DNA from: a virus
Taxonomy: Duplodnaviria; Caudoviricetes
IMG/VR virus record: IMGVR_UViG_3300023047_000002
Length of the DNA: 64,000 bases
Strand: one strand, 5' to 3'
The notes beneath the pieces are model-generated. The model was not told the origin of the DNA. It was given only the letters and a program-made list of their open reading frames with translations, and searched no databases. Position numbers and translations under genes: made by a program. Shown here one piece after another: positions 1 through 10,927 of the stretch; the stretch's first letter is position 1; each line of letters starts with the position of its first letter.

Positions 1-1
1 T

Positions 2-871
2 GCTCGAAACAGAACAAAAAACTGCATCAGGTGTGCTTTCCGATTTAATGCTCTTGTATGAGTCTCCTATCGGGTAGTTTACATAAGGATCATACAAGAT
101 CCCATAATTTTCATTTAGTGCTGTACGACCCACATAGGAAGCCGATGTAATTGAGTTCACAGGCAGATCGAGTTTTCCGATGTTACCGTCTGTGTCGGAT
201 TCCTTTACAGGCATCAGTTCCGTGAACTTCACCATATTACATGAGGCTGTTCCCGTAACTGTAACTTCCTTCAATGATGCATTGTCTGCATTTACCGACG
301 ATGTAGTTAGTGAAGTTCCAATATTTGAATACCCTGTTTTGAGGCTTTCAACTTTTTCTCTGAGTTCTGTAAACTGTTCCTCGACATAAGAACTTACTGC
401 ACTTACGTCTTCCACAGTTGCATTGACACCGTTGACGAAGGATACTTCTGAAACTGTGTCATCCTCTGCTTTTTGAGCAATCATCATAGAGAAGCAGATG
501 GTCGTTTGCTTATTCAATGTTATCCCAGCATCCCCAGTGTCACATACTGCGAACACTACATTCTTACTCTTGTACATGCAATGTAGAGAAAAAATGCGGG
601 CTACGGTTCCATTTCCATTGAACGATACGTAAACTCGAAGTGTGTTTCCTACAGATACGATGTTGCGAATCTTCCCTGTGCTTGCAGAAAAAGATTCAAC
701 ACCTGCATTATCAATGTCGTCTATCTGAAGTTCAGACACGCCACCACCTGTAAAAGTAATTCCTCGGTAAACGGCTTTTTTATTTACCATGTCGTATCCG
801 AAAGAGGCTGCCATAGCCATGCGTCCTGTTTTCGTGATTTGTGCTGCCGTAATGATTCCTTGTGCTGTCAT
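2..871 (-). CDS. Putative tail fibre/baseplate-attached structural protein, truncated at the window edge
   Basis: Not in the ORF track. ATG at 871 follows GGAG and the frame stays open to the window edge (MTAQGIITAAQITKTGRMAMAASF...). The 'ITxxG' start resembles tail-fibre N-termini. Confidence 0.5.
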   Translation of the reverse strand, partial: MTAQGIITAAQITKTGRMAMAASFGYDMVNKKAVYRGITFTGGGVSELQIDDIDNAGVESFSASTGKIRNIVSVGNTLRVYVSFNGNGTVARIFSLHCMYKSKNVVFAVCDTGDAGITLNKQTTICFSMMIAQKAEDDTVSEVSFVNGVNATVEDVSAVSSYVEEQFTELREKVESLKTGYSNIGTSLTTSSVNADNASLKEVTVTGTASCNMVKFTELMPVKESDTDGNIGKLDLPVNSITSASYVGRTALNENYGILYDPYVNYPIGDSYKSIKSESTPDAVFCSVSS

Positions 872-932
872 TGTCCACTCCAAAACTAAAAGAAAACATC
901 AAGACTTCTCGCATAGTATTGATATAACGATT

Positions 933-973
933 GTGGTGCTGTTTCTACATGTTTAATGTCCGTATGTTATAGA
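933..973 (+). promoter_or_regulatory. GTGGTGCTG-class promoter
   Basis: GTGGTGCTG, 26 nt, then TATAGA preceded by TGt. A leader hairpin follows at 988-1011, upstream of gene 1040. Confidence 0.7.
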
Positions 974-1039
974 TTGATTTTCAAATTGTGTGTCTCTTTT
1001 GAGACACACAATAAGTTTCTTAAATGAAAGGACAAAATC

Positions 1040-1885
1040 ATGTTTGCTAAATCTTTAGACCTCACACCTGAAAGTCTCACTTATGGATTCGAATTCGAGT
1101 TCATTGGTAATGCAAAACTGTCTGCACGCAAACGGTTCAAAGCCTACATGGAAGACCAAGGTATTCCATATGTTTTCACTGGGAAATACGGTGACAATGA
1201 AACAAATGCTTGGACGCTAGGAGCTGACAGTTCCGTCGGCGGCGATAAAACAGGCAAGCTATCAGATAATGGACTTTTCGGATATGAAATGGTCAGCCCT
1301 GTCTTACGAACAAATGATTTTAACCAAATCGAAATCGTACTGTCAGGCATCCGTAGCATACTTGCCGGTCAAGTGGACAGCACGTGCGGCACACATGTTC
1401 ATTTTGGAAATCTAGGTGGACTTACTCACAAAGACCCTATCCGTAATGGTAACACGGTATCGTCGTTCATGGATTCCATCGTGTGGTTGTATTCCAAACT
1501 CCAACCGTTCCTGTTCAACAACCTTGTTAAGAAAGACCGTGGGTGGAACCCGTTCTGTGGGCGTTATGTGGACGGTATGTACGAAAAGAACAAGTACCTC
1601 GCTTTGACTTCACGCGGTATCCATCGAACCTTGGAAGTACGTCTGCACCATGGAACATTGGATGCACATGAGATTATTCAGTGGTCTGAGGTCAATGCAA
1701 AGTTTCTTATTTACTGTGCCAAGAACGGTCCTAACGCCATGTTACCTACAATCCCTTCGTATCTTGAGAATGGCGAAATGAACAAGGAAACGTTCATACC
1801 ATTAATGACTAATCTCCTTGTCCAGTTTGGTTACGAAGAAAACGAGGCACAAAATCTTATTTCAGAACGCTTATACGAGCGATGA
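1040..1885 (+). CDS. Putative amidoligase (COOH-NH2 ligase family)
   Basis: Motifs TYGFEFEF, GYEMVSPVL, TCGTHVH and TLEVRLHHGTLD. Confidence 0.8.
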   Translation: MFAKSLDLTPESLTYGFEFEFIGNAKLSARKRFKAYMEDQGIPYVFTGKYGDNETNAWTLGADSSVGGDKTGKLSDNGLFGYEMVSPVLRTNDFNQIEIVLSGIRSILAGQVDSTCGTHVHFGNLGGLTHKDPIRNGNTVSSFMDSIVWLYSKLQPFLFNNLVKKDRGWNPFCGRYVDGMYEKNKYLALTSRGIHRTLEVRLHHGTLDAHEIIQWSEVNAKFLIYCAKNGPNAMLPTIPSYLENGEMNKETFIPLMTNLLVQFGYEENEAQNLISERLYER

Positions 1886-3133
1886 GAACGAAGCGTTTGC
1901 CCGTGACAGTTTGGAGACTTGCTGCGTGATTTCATACGGCATATCTCCAAACTCCATTTTAGGAGTCTGTTTTATTTCCTCCCACGTGTAAGCTCTCAGT
2001 TTCATCAATGAAAAGTTTTCCTGCCACTTTTCAAAAGACGATTTTGGTTCTACATCTTCGTCATCCTGAACAGTGTCGTCAGACACAACAGACTTAGTTT
2101 CACAACCTCCGATTTCAGATAACTTTAAGGGTCGTAGCTCTTTTGGTAGTAACTCCAACTCATCTTCTGTTAAAACATCTTGTACTTCTTTGCTTTGTTT
2201 TGGTGTTTTGTCAGATGCAATTACGTCGGTTGACAGTAAACGGTCTATCCATCTGCATTCGGTCATTTTCAGTTTATTTCTTTTCTTGAAAGCATCACTG
2301 GCAACAACCAAGGATTCATGTGATGGGAAAACAGAAGTGTCCATATCAAGTGAGGTTACGAACTGTGCAGCAAGTTTGTGAGGGAATCGTGCAATCGCCG
2401 CCTTAATATTATCGCTGCTATCACCAACGATTGCACGATACATCGGGAGTCTGTCAATGGGAACTTTGTGGAACTTTTCTTCAAACTGCTCCATATACGA
2501 CAGGCAATCGACTATTTGTTTTCCTGTATCAATAATCGTGTCGCTACCAAGGCACTGGAACATGTCATTGTCAGACGTTACAATAACTTTCTTTCCTGGA
2601 AGTAATCGATTCAGAGTAAAGATAATGTCGTCTGCTTCAAGTTCTGGGTTGTAGTGGATATGCACACGGTTATACATCGAAAGCTCAGCCAGAAGTGGTG
2701 GCATGTTCTCACGTATATTGTAAGTGTGCTTTCTGTTCTCCTTGTAATGCTTGTTAATCTGCTTACGTACAGGCTTGCCGTCAACTGCAACATATACTTC
2801 GTGTCCATGCGACAAGATTCCCGTAATCAGTTCTACAACGAACTGCGTATCTTTCCATACCTGTGAACCACTTCGGAAATATCCGTAGTACAGCAGATAA
2901 GACAAATCAAGGATGAACGAACGTCTGTCTTTTATGTAATCCGTAAAGCATGTTATGAATTTACCTTCTCTTGCATTGATGTCTTGTGCTTTACACTGTT
3001 CATCACATTCACTTGAAACTTTTGCATCTCGTGTGTTTTCACGAAAGCTGAACAAGGGCTTGTTTGGTGACGGCATTGAGCCGTCCTTTAACGAGTTGTT
3101 GAAGTTTTGAAGTAACGTTGTAAGGTCTTTCAT
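1871..3133 (-). CDS. 5'-3' exonuclease / flap endonuclease (PIN domain, T4 RNase H-like)
   Basis: Motifs VAVDG, YKENR, EADDII, VTSDNDMFQ and IVGDSSDNI. Confidence 0.85.
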   Translation of the reverse strand: MKDLTTLLQNFNNSLKDGSMPSPNKPLFSFRENTRDAKVSSECDEQCKAQDINAREGKFITCFTDYIKDRRSFILDLSYLLYYGYFRSGSQVWKDTQFVVELITGILSHGHEVYVAVDGKPVRKQINKHYKENRKHTYNIRENMPPLLAELSMYNRVHIHYNPELEADDIIFTLNRLLPGKKVIVTSDNDMFQCLGSDTIIDTGKQIVDCLSYMEQFEEKFHKVPIDRLPMYRAIVGDSSDNIKAAIARFPHKLAAQFVTSLDMDTSVFPSHESLVVASDAFKKRNKLKMTECRWIDRLLSTDVIASDKTPKQSKEVQDVLTEDELELLPKELRPLKLSEIGGCETKSVVSDDTVQDDEDVEPKSSFEKWQENFSLMKLRAYTWEEIKQTPKMEFGDMPYEITQQVSKLSRANASFSSLV

Positions 3134-3184
3134 GGTGTGTTTCTCCGAGATTTGTCATTATAGAAGCACGTTGCGAAGTTTTCA

Positions 3185-3225
3185 GTTTATCACGTATTTC
3201 GACATTGACTACATTCAGCACCACG
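3185..3225 (-). promoter_or_regulatory. GTGGTGCTG-class promoter
   Basis: Minus strand: GTGGTGCTG-N26-TAAACT with TGa extension, upstream of the exonuclease. Confidence 0.7.
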
Positions 3226-5916
3226 CTACCTAATCACGCCTTTAAGTGGACATCCGATGTTCTGGTATAATGGATGAGCACCGTATTTCAAATGAATATG
3301 TACTTGGTTTGAAGGATTTCCGGAAGACACAAATTCAGGTGTGTTGAATTTCGCAATAATTGTTGGAATCTGTTCGATGTCAAGCACGCTGGACGTAACG
3401 GGATTTATGAAGTTCATCATCAGCTGCGTAAAGTACCCTGCTGAGGAATCGTTTAAATCTTTGTACTTGATATCCTTTCCAGACGAGATGTCATACAACT
3501 CCACATCTTTTATTTCTGGTTCCATTGAACACACTTTTATTTTTCTACCATTGTCCAAAGTGTACTCGGTAAGTTTGTTGTTAAAGCGCATCACGTTCAT
3601 GTCATACACACCTTTTTGGAATCCAGAACCAACATCCCAGTTTATGAGTCCAAACATGAAGTTGTCTATCGGAAGATACCCATTCTCAAGATAGTGTACA
3701 TACTTGTCCCTTTGTGCGTCTGACAAAACCCATGACTCGCTCTTGTGTTCTTTAACGTACAGGTCTCTGTACTTGATGAGAGATGACAGCGTGTATGTCG
3801 TTACGGGAATCGCAACATTGTAAATACCTAACAGGGCATACAATTGTTGTACAATCACGTTCGTAAGAAGTCCTGGTGCAAGAGAAAATGTTATGTTTCC
3901 ATTCGTATCGACATCCTCTGCATCGTAACCGGTTAATGTGCTCGCAGGAACTTTGACATCGCTTTCCAAGAACGATGTCAAAATCTCATTTGTCATTAAT
4001 CTAGACGCACCGATAAAGGATTTAACGCTGTCAATAAACACACATTTACCTGAGCTGTTTATAAGCGCAAAGTAATACCCGTCACCCTCTGATTCATTAT
4101 CTTGAAGAGACTTTGGAAGTGAAAATCCAATAACCATTGAATCCATTGTGACAGGTATCGTATCTCCTTTTGGATCTTTCGTGTCAATACGGAGTTTTCT
4201 TTTGCGTTTGTTCTCGGCATCGTACAGAATAGAGCTTATAACATCTTTCGGGTTGAAAACGTATTGTGATAGTTGAGATAAGCCGTTCCTTGATGCATGT
4301 GTATTGTATGTATTGATTAATGACTTTACCAGACTTGAGGATAAGGTCATCGTAAATCCTGCACGTATTATCGGGTCCCTTGCCATTTCCTTGAACACTT
4401 CTTTCCCGCCAAGAAGTAATGTGGAAACGGGTCTTACTTGGGTCTCATACGTTTCTGTTCTGCTTATAAACGATCCAGAAGAAAAGTCATACTTGTTTAC
4501 AGCAGTCGTGTATGTTGTTGTCGAAGTTACGATACGTATTGGTTTCTTTATTGTCTCTGTGTCGGATTTGATTATTGACTTCACCTGTTTACCATTCAGA
4601 TAAAGAGGCGTCTCTGTATACTTCTGCTCAGAAAAGAACTCCTTTTTGTCGCGTGGTGTCAGCTGAGTTGCTTCATAACTTGCCATGTCATTGGTGTACT
4701 TAGTCATACCTTGTACCAATGCATCTTTGAGCTGCGTTATAACCAGACGGTTAGCCATTTCCTGGAGTGTTACTTTATTGTCTGCAAGCCACTTTTTCAG
4801 GTCAATGTATTTGAATTTTAGAGTGCCTCCACTTCCTGTGTGTGAAACGTTCTGAGACAGGAAATTTGAAAAGGCTATCAACACAAGATTCTTTTTGGCA
4901 TCTTCTGGATTTTTTGGATTGAAGAAATTTACCCATTCTTTCTCTGTCGGTACACGAGCCATCGTGTACTCAAACATACGTTCAGTTGGGTCTTCCATAA
5001 AGACATTTCCTGATGATGAAGTCGAACCGGGTGCCGTAGAAATCCACTTGACATTTTTAACATAAGACAGTCCAAGAGCAGGTGGAAGTTTCATTCCTGA
5101 ACAGACAGGATTTCTAAAATTGACAGGTATAAATGCGTCAATGAATGGAAGTGCATCATAGGCTTCAAATGGAATATAAAACAATGGGTTTGAAGGTACA
5201 AAGTTCTTGCACGCACATCGTCGGAACAATCCCTGTGTTAATTTCCCATCAACAAAAGAAGCGGTTTCCGCAGGATATTCAACCTCTCGTGAATACGTGT
5301 TGTTTGTTCGTTTTCTGCTTGTTACATCGTCAATCCACACGATACGACCACAAAGGAACTTTGCTGTTCGTTTCTGTAATAGAAATCCCTTGACGAACTT
5401 TTCATACATGTATCCGCTTTGGATGCTCGCGTTCTTATAATCCTTTGAAGTTGTCCATATACGTACTTTGAACCATCCATAGTAAATCCCAAACGGATAT
5501 TGCTTTCGAGTGAATGAGTCATCACGTAACAGGTTTCCGTCCTTTGAATTTACATAGTAGAACTGCCCGCCTTTGACGAATCTGACTCCGTCGGTGCACG
5601 CAAGGGCACTCATATTTAAATACATCTCAGGCGTAAGCCCTTCATCCAGCTCACGAACTATTCCTGAGTGACAGGACATATCAGACTGTATGCAGTCTTT
5701 CCCAACGTGCTTTCCTGATACAGGACGGAAAGACGGTAATGCGTAAGAGGCCATCTTTACGTTCAGAAAATGCTTGAAGGAATGTCTGACATACATGTTC
5801 CCAGAGCGAGCCACATATTTCTGCAGTAGTGTGTTTGACATTATGTCGTGATAGTGGACGCTTCTGTGTGAAACAAGGAATTTACCGCCATGAGATTTTC
5901 GTATTCTTATCGCCAT
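3226..5916 (-). CDS. Large hypothetical protein, probably virion structural
   Basis: ORF of about 896 aa; likely start MAIRIRKSH after AGGTG. Confidence 0.6.
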   Translation of the reverse strand: MAIRIRKSHGGKFLVSHRSVHYHDIMSNTLLQKYVARSGNMYVRHSFKHFLNVKMASYALPSFRPVSGKHVGKDCIQSDMSCHSGIVRELDEGLTPEMYLNMSALACTDGVRFVKGGQFYYVNSKDGNLLRDDSFTRKQYPFGIYYGWFKVRIWTTSKDYKNASIQSGYMYEKFVKGFLLQKRTAKFLCGRIVWIDDVTSRKRTNNTYSREVEYPAETASFVDGKLTQGLFRRCACKNFVPSNPLFYIPFEAYDALPFIDAFIPVNFRNPVCSGMKLPPALGLSYVKNVKWISTAPGSTSSSGNVFMEDPTERMFEYTMARVPTEKEWVNFFNPKNPEDAKKNLVLIAFSNFLSQNVSHTGSGGTLKFKYIDLKKWLADNKVTLQEMANRLVITQLKDALVQGMTKYTNDMASYEATQLTPRDKKEFFSEQKYTETPLYLNGKQVKSIIKSDTETIKKPIRIVTSTTTYTTAVNKYDFSSGSFISRTETYETQVRPVSTLLLGGKEVFKEMARDPIIRAGFTMTLSSSLVKSLINTYNTHASRNGLSQLSQYVFNPKDVISSILYDAENKRKRKLRIDTKDPKGDTIPVTMDSMVIGFSLPKSLQDNESEGDGYYFALINSSGKCVFIDSVKSFIGASRLMTNEILTSFLESDVKVPASTLTGYDAEDVDTNGNITFSLAPGLLTNVIVQQLYALLGIYNVAIPVTTYTLSSLIKYRDLYVKEHKSESWVLSDAQRDKYVHYLENGYLPIDNFMFGLINWDVGSGFQKGVYDMNVMRFNNKLTEYTLDNGRKIKVCSMEPEIKDVELYDISSGKDIKYKDLNDSSAGYFTQLMMNFINPVTSSVLDIEQIPTIIAKFNTPEFVSSGNPSNQVHIHLKYGAHPLYQNIGCPLKGVIR

Positions 5917-5972
5917 AGATTCACCTAATCTTTGCATCAATAACCAAAAAGACGACCCACTGATTTGATTGC

Positions 5973-6013
5973 GTGGTGCTGTGAGCTTTGATTCACAGTT
6001 ACACGATCATAAA
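5973..6013 (+). promoter_or_regulatory. GTGGTGCTG-class promoter (weak -10)
   Basis: GTGGTGCTG-N26-CATAAA, running into a degenerate IS-end hairpin. Confidence 0.5.
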
Positions 6014-6044
6014 TCCAACGGGATAAAGCCAGTTGGTAGTTCAC
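6011..6044 (+). repeat. Degenerate IS200/IS605 right-end hairpin
   Basis: CCAACGGGATAAAGCCAGTTGGTAGTTCAC matches the TnpB element right end. Confidence 0.65.
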
Positions 6045-6182
6045 AACAAATAATCAAGAGTTTCATGAGGTACATTCTCCGTGAAGCGGATTATTGTGAT
6101 GACTTTTAATCAAAACCAAAGGTAAAAAGTTTTTATGACTACAATTTTGCGTTCGCACAAATCATTAACAGGAGAAGACGTT

Positions 6183-6425
6183 ATGCTTATCAAGAAAGAA
6201 ACCAACAAGAAAAAACACACACCCGTACAGGTTGAAATGGTTGACCATGGTTCTCTCGCACATTATTTAGCGTTGGAGGGTTACTCTGCAGCTGAACTGA
6301 AAGTTCCTTTTGGCAACACATCTAATCATGAACTTTCAAACGAATCCTTTGAAGACGCACGTTCGGGTATTGCGTCTGTTGTTCGTAAAGCCTTGTCAAA
6401 CTATAAGAAACAGAGTGTGAAGTAA
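6183..6425 (+). CDS. Small hypothetical protein with basic leader (MLIKKE...)
   Basis: AGGAG lies upstream of the ATG at 6183. Confidence 0.6.
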   Translation: MLIKKETNKKKHTPVQVEMVDHGSLAHYLALEGYSAAELKVPFGNTSNHELSNESFEDARSGIASVVRKALSNYKKQSVK

Positions 6426-6428
6426 TCC

Positions 6429-7172
6429 ATGCAGTACGTTTACCGAGACAGCACAGGTGCTTTGGAAGCACATAGACGTAATCTTAAAGGGTTCGAGTTG
6501 TGTCTATGGGAATTACGCATCGCCGATACTGTAATGTATCCGCTGTCTAACCTTGCCCGCATCTTAGGGTACAGAAGAGTACAGGGGTTAAAGATGCTTC
6601 TGTCGCAAGCCCCTGAATTTCTTCTCACGATGGACGATGCGTTTCGTCCATACCTTCTTGATCGTATTGACTTCGACGCCTTTGAACCGACGTTTGAGGA
6701 GTTTGTTTCCGAACTTAATTACTTGGTTCCAGACGATATGTGTGAGTTCAAAAAGCGTTCCTGCTTCACGACAGTAGACGGAATCATGTTCATCTTGTCG
6801 CATAACACAATGACATCAGATCGCGTGAAAAAAGCTCTGTGTAATGTACTGGGCATAGAACGTAAAATCATTTGTCCTTCGCGTCCGGAGACGCATTTCT
6901 ATGATCGGATATGCTCAATGCTGTCACAGTGGGGATATAGGGTCGAACGACAGTATGCAGTAGGTACCTATCGCCTTGATTTCGCTGTATTTAACGAAGA
7001 CGGAAAGTTCAAGTGTGCCGTCGAGTATGACGAACCAGGACACCGATGGTACGATGAAGAAAAGGAACATGAACGTCAGGCATACCTAGGTAGGCATCAC
7101 ATTCGCGTTATTCGCGCAGACCTTAAAACAAAGCCAGAAGCCTTGTGTAAAGCAATCATAGACATAAGATAG
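6429..7172 (+). CDS. DUF559/Vsr-like endonuclease with BRO-like N-terminus
   Basis: RQYAVGTYRLDF...AVEYDEPGH...ERQAYL...VIR. Confidence 0.7.
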   Translation: MQYVYRDSTGALEAHRRNLKGFELCLWELRIADTVMYPLSNLARILGYRRVQGLKMLLSQAPEFLLTMDDAFRPYLLDRIDFDAFEPTFEEFVSELNYLVPDDMCEFKKRSCFTTVDGIMFILSHNTMTSDRVKKALCNVLGIERKIICPSRPETHFYDRICSMLSQWGYRVERQYAVGTYRLDFAVFNEDGKFKCAVEYDEPGHRWYDEEKEHERQAYLGRHHIRVIRADLKTKPEALCKAIIDIR

Positions 7173-7193
7173 ACAGATCGTGGGTAAACATAA

Positions 7194-9995
7194 ATGAGTC
7201 TTGAGAACTACAAAAACAGCACGTTTGTTAAAGCAGTACTTGCTATTGGAACGTACCAATTTGACTTTACGCGCATGAAAGCCGTACAGAGTGTGAACCT
7301 CATGCAGAACGTCTCCACAAGTTCTAAGTCCGGTATGGCTTCCGTAGATGGTACTATTACTGTAGTCGATTACTACGAAGACTTGTTTACTCTGTTGTCC
7401 GTTGTTGCATCCTCTAAGAAAGACGCAAATCTTGAAAATCTCGTAAATAACGTTAATCGTCCTGCCGTATCCTCAGGCAACACACCATATGGTATAGCCG
7501 CCGAAGGAAACTTCGGTACTATGGCAATCGGTATAAAATGTTACAGTGGAACACGTGTGTGGTTTCTGAATGTTACAGGATGGTCATATAGCATGGGTAC
7601 ACCGTCCACTGTCACATTTCAACTGAACATGAACTCGTCAGGAAATATGGGCAACACGTATCAGTCGTTGAAGGACTTTCACATGCTTGACTTCGGAAGC
7701 TCCCTCGAAGGTTCAAACATGTCTTACGACAAACACAAGCAAGCCATCCAGGATGCCATAAATTCACTGCAACCAACAGAAAGAAGTACTGACGGGACTC
7801 TTAACGAACCTTCTTTAGCGTCCATGCCTGACCAGTCATCTCCAAATATGTGCCGTGGTGTAGTTGGTGAGCGTTATTCAGAGCCTGAGGAAGTTTTCAA
7901 GGCGTTTAAAGACCTGTATAACGTTGATGTTCGCTTTGCTTCCTGTCTGAAAGGTACGGACAAATTATTCACGTTAGAAGAATGGATTTCTGAATTAAAA
8001 AAAGAAAAGAAGAAATTTTATTTCAGAAACGGTATGTACGAGTTTGTCGTACTGAACAGTTCGGCAAATGCTTCTTCTGCATCATCCATGTATGAGAGAG
8101 AATTTAGCAACATCATTGACAATTTATTCGCTGCAAAAGAAGGGTTAGAGTCTGTTTCAGACATGTCAAAGATCCCAGAATCTGATCGAGAGATTTACAC
8201 ACCACGTAAGGATGTGAACAATTCAGGATCGTACCTGGTTGCTGTAAGAAATGACGACGAGTCATTAACTCCGGCTGATATGGAAGGAACCGATTTATCG
8301 TTAGACCGTGTCGTGTTCCTTTACAACGCTCCAAAACCATACGGATTATGGAATAACAAAGTAGCCATACCGTTGGATTCAGTGTCTTCTACTGTTGACA
8401 GCAGTTTTTTAATGAACGTAAATTTCGATGTTCAAGATACGCCTAATGGAACAATGGTGTTTACGCCTAGCGGTCGTTTTATGGCAAACGACAATGCAAC
8501 AAGCACCTATATGAGACTCGCAATGATTGCACTCAGGAACAATACCGCTGGTGCAAAAGTTCAAATAACTTGCAGAAATTTCATCCATTGGGGTGACGGA
8601 CTATCACAGTATGCTGAGATTTACAGTTACACAAGTAATGGTCTTGCAGGTGTAGTGCAAGGGTTTTATCGTGTTGAAAGCGTTGCATTTCAATGGTCAG
8701 GAGGGGTTGTTTCAACCTCAGTACAGTTGGTCAATATGCCAACAGCATTGGAACAAAACGCTACGAATGCAGTCAGAGGCGGAGGTTCCAAAATTGCTGG
8801 AGCCCATGACGCAAGTGCATTACAAACACAAACCGGTATCATCAAGTCGTTGCTCAACTCTTCTGTAGAGGGAAGCAGTGACGGAACGCCTTCTGAAGAT
8901 TATGTTTCGTCTGAAGATAGAGGCGAACCCGATAACGATGGAGGAAGTATGGCTTCAAGTGCAAATTTCTGTTCGTATCTGTGCTCTAGTTACGCGAATC
9001 CAGTTCCCGTCTCCGTAGACAGAACTCCTGAAAACATTAAAAATGGTAAATTCGACAAAGCCATTGATGAACTTCTTTCTTCTGTCGGTACAAAAAGAGT
9101 TTTGGATGTGTCATCAGACTGGTTCAAGAAATACATTCTCGAAGAATGCAACATGGCACTTCTCGGTTTGCTTGGAGGTGCAGGTAACTGGGGATTCTCA
9201 AACGTCCCAAGTGGAGTACTTGACTGTATGACTTTGTGCAAAGACGGCCAAGTACGTAAAGGATGGGATGAACCTGATGAAAAGCATGGAAAGGGACTGT
9301 TCGATTACAAAGTTGGAGGACTCGGAATTGCCCATTTCGATTCTGGTGCATTGTACAACATTTATCGTTTAATAGGATTCCCTGCGAAGTACGCCACAAG
9401 AGAAATGCTTAACCTTATATTCTACGCAAATGCAAATAGTGCAGTATGGCAGGATATGAGTGACGGAAGCGGACGAAAAATTCCATACCTGGATAACGGC
9501 GGAAAGTGCATATGCGACTTCAACGGTATGGGAAAAAATGCTTCAAAACGTTCTGGTCTCTCCGCAAGATTTTCTGCGTCCAGTCCTTTTCCTTCAAAAC
9601 CGTGGCAGGATTGGGCACATGAAATTCTGTACGCACAAAACAGTGATGGCTCTTATCCGTATCAGAGGATTCTTTTCAGATATTGGGTTGACAATTTCTG
9701 GATGGAACAGCGTAACAGACTCAAGAATGCAACACTAAACGACATCTTCTGCATTGCACGTATCTCAAATTCTGTACCTGCCGTAGCATATACATGCTGT
9801 AAGCGTGACGGAACAGCGGTAGCTCCAAAAGCACAGTATAACGCATACTGCGTTGAGTATGCTAACACACGTGGAAAAACAGAAGAAGAAAAAGAAGAAA
9901 AAAGAGCTAGATATGCACGCCAGCTCGGAAATGGTCGCCGTGTCGGGGATTTGATTGGTTACTTCTATTCACAGAAAATGATCAAGACACTCTAA
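7194..9995 (+). CDS. Putative baseplate hub/tail protein with possible C-terminal lysozyme-like domain
   Basis: Hub-like segment GFYRVESVAFQWSGGVVSTSVQL, then a Ser/Gly linker and a C-terminal domain containing GGLGIAHFD. Confidence 0.45.
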   Translation: MSLENYKNSTFVKAVLAIGTYQFDFTRMKAVQSVNLMQNVSTSSKSGMASVDGTITVVDYYEDLFTLLSVVASSKKDANLENLVNNVNRPAVSSGNTPYGIAAEGNFGTMAIGIKCYSGTRVWFLNVTGWSYSMGTPSTVTFQLNMNSSGNMGNTYQSLKDFHMLDFGSSLEGSNMSYDKHKQAIQDAINSLQPTERSTDGTLNEPSLASMPDQSSPNMCRGVVGERYSEPEEVFKAFKDLYNVDVRFASCLKGTDKLFTLEEWISELKKEKKKFYFRNGMYEFVVLNSSANASSASSMYEREFSNIIDNLFAAKEGLESVSDMSKIPESDREIYTPRKDVNNSGSYLVAVRNDDESLTPADMEGTDLSLDRVVFLYNAPKPYGLWNNKVAIPLDSVSSTVDSSFLMNVNFDVQDTPNGTMVFTPSGRFMANDNATSTYMRLAMIALRNNTAGAKVQITCRNFIHWGDGLSQYAEIYSYTSNGLAGVVQGFYRVESVAFQWSGGVVSTSVQLVNMPTALEQNATNAVRGGGSKIAGAHDASALQTQTGIIKSLLNSSVEGSSDGTPSEDYVSSEDRGEPDNDGGSMASSANFCSYLCSSYANPVPVSVDRTPENIKNGKFDKAIDELLSSVGTKRVLDVSSDWFKKYILEECNMALLGLLGGAGNWGFSNVPSGVLDCMTLCKDGQVRKGWDEPDEKHGKGLFDYKVGGLGIAHFDSGALYNIYRLIGFPAKYATREMLNLIFYANANSAVWQDMSDGSGRKIPYLDNGGKCICDFNGMGKNASKRSGLSARFSASSPFPSKPWQDWAHEILYAQNSDGSYPYQRILFRYWVDNFWMEQRNRLKNATLNDIFCIARISNSVPAVAYTCCKRDGTAVAPKAQYNAYCVEYANTRGKTEEEKEEKRARYARQLGNGRRVGDLIGYFYSQKMIKTL

Positions 9996-10141
9996 CAAGG
10001 TCATCAAGCAATCACGCGTTTCTCATACCTGACGATTGTTCTTATACCACAACAAAACATTATGGCAAAAACCCGCACCATGAACGAAACTGATCAACCA
10101 TCTGAACACCAAGCGATGATGCACCCGTCTGACGTAAGATT

Positions 10142-10216
10142 TAACGACAGCCAATCTTTGAGTGGTAAAAACGTAGTAGAGTTTCAAAAACTCGATCAAG
10201 AGCTACGGGTCAGTTT
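10142..10216 (+). repeat. Remnant of the second omegaRNA/right-end family, lacking the terminal hairpin
   Basis: AACGACAGCCAATCTT...AAAAACGTAGTAGAGT...CTCGATCAAGAGCTACGGGTCAGTT matches the reverse complement of 46063-46147. Confidence 0.75.
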
Positions 10217-10496
10217 ACTCCCAAACCCATCTTGTTTTCGTGTGTGCAGTCACCTCTTCACGCTTTTTGTGCTCAAGCTGTCTCACTGACGCGATGTTAT
10301 ACTCATAAATTTTACGAGACACAACCATCGCAAAAAAGTTGCTTGATCCGATGTCTCCACAATCCGCGAAGTGTTCAGCCTCGCTAAAATTATCGAAATA
10401 GCGAGTCTTAGTCTCTCTGCGAGATTCACCGTTTCCGTCGCTGTAAGAATGAGAAATCTCGACGATCACCTTCCATAATTTTGTTGCATTTTCCAT
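10215..10496 (-). CDS. Hypothetical protein
   Basis: ORF with AGGAG RBS in a run of short co-oriented genes. Confidence 0.65.
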   Translation of the reverse strand: MENATKLWKVIVEISHSYSDGNGESRRETKTRYFDNFSEAEHFADCGDIGSSNFFAMVVSRKIYEYNIASVRQLEHKKREEVTAHTKTRWVWE

Positions 10497-10510
10497 TGTG
10501 CTTTCTCCTG

Positions 10511-10927
10511 TTAAGTTTTGTTTGCAAGGGATGTGATTTCATCCAATGCCGTTTCTATTGCCGACAATCCTTCCTTATCGTTACCATCGTATGTCTTTAG
10601 TCTGAGACGAATATCATCCACGAGTGTTTGTATCTTATTGTCTTTTGCTTGAGCGTTCTTCCTCCCACGTGCCTTATCAATTTCATCTTCAGAAAACTTA
10701 GCACGCATACACCATTCGCAATAATCGTATCGCATCATATAGCCACCCTCGAACTTACAGATTGCCATAAGATACTCTTCTCCATCTTTAATCGTGTTGT
10801 GGCAATAAGGATGTTCTTGGTTATAAGCATTATCGCATTGCAGATACGTAGCATTTTTCTTGGATCTAAAAGTCTTCACGCTTAGCGTTTCTTTCTTCAC
10901 GCTTAGCGTTTCTTTCTTTTCCATCAC
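10511..10927 (-). CDS. Hypothetical Cys/His (Zn-binding) protein
   Basis: C...YCH...YCEWC pattern. A 21-bp tandem duplication encodes KKETLSV twice. Confidence 0.6.
   Translation of the reverse strand: MMEKKETLSVKKETLSVKTFRSKKNATYLQCDNAYNQEHPYCHNTIKDGEEYLMAICKFEGGYMMRYDYCEWCMRAKFSEDEIDKARGRKNAQAKDNKIQTLVDDIRLRLKTYDGNDKEGLSAIETALDEITSLANKT

Noticed and set aside
10062-10289. 75-aa plus-strand ORF
   Set aside because: Runs through an omegaRNA remnant and overlaps a convergent gene; probably spurious.
10875-10916. 21-bp tandem duplication
   Set aside because: In-frame local slippage (KKETLSV twice) with no sign of function.
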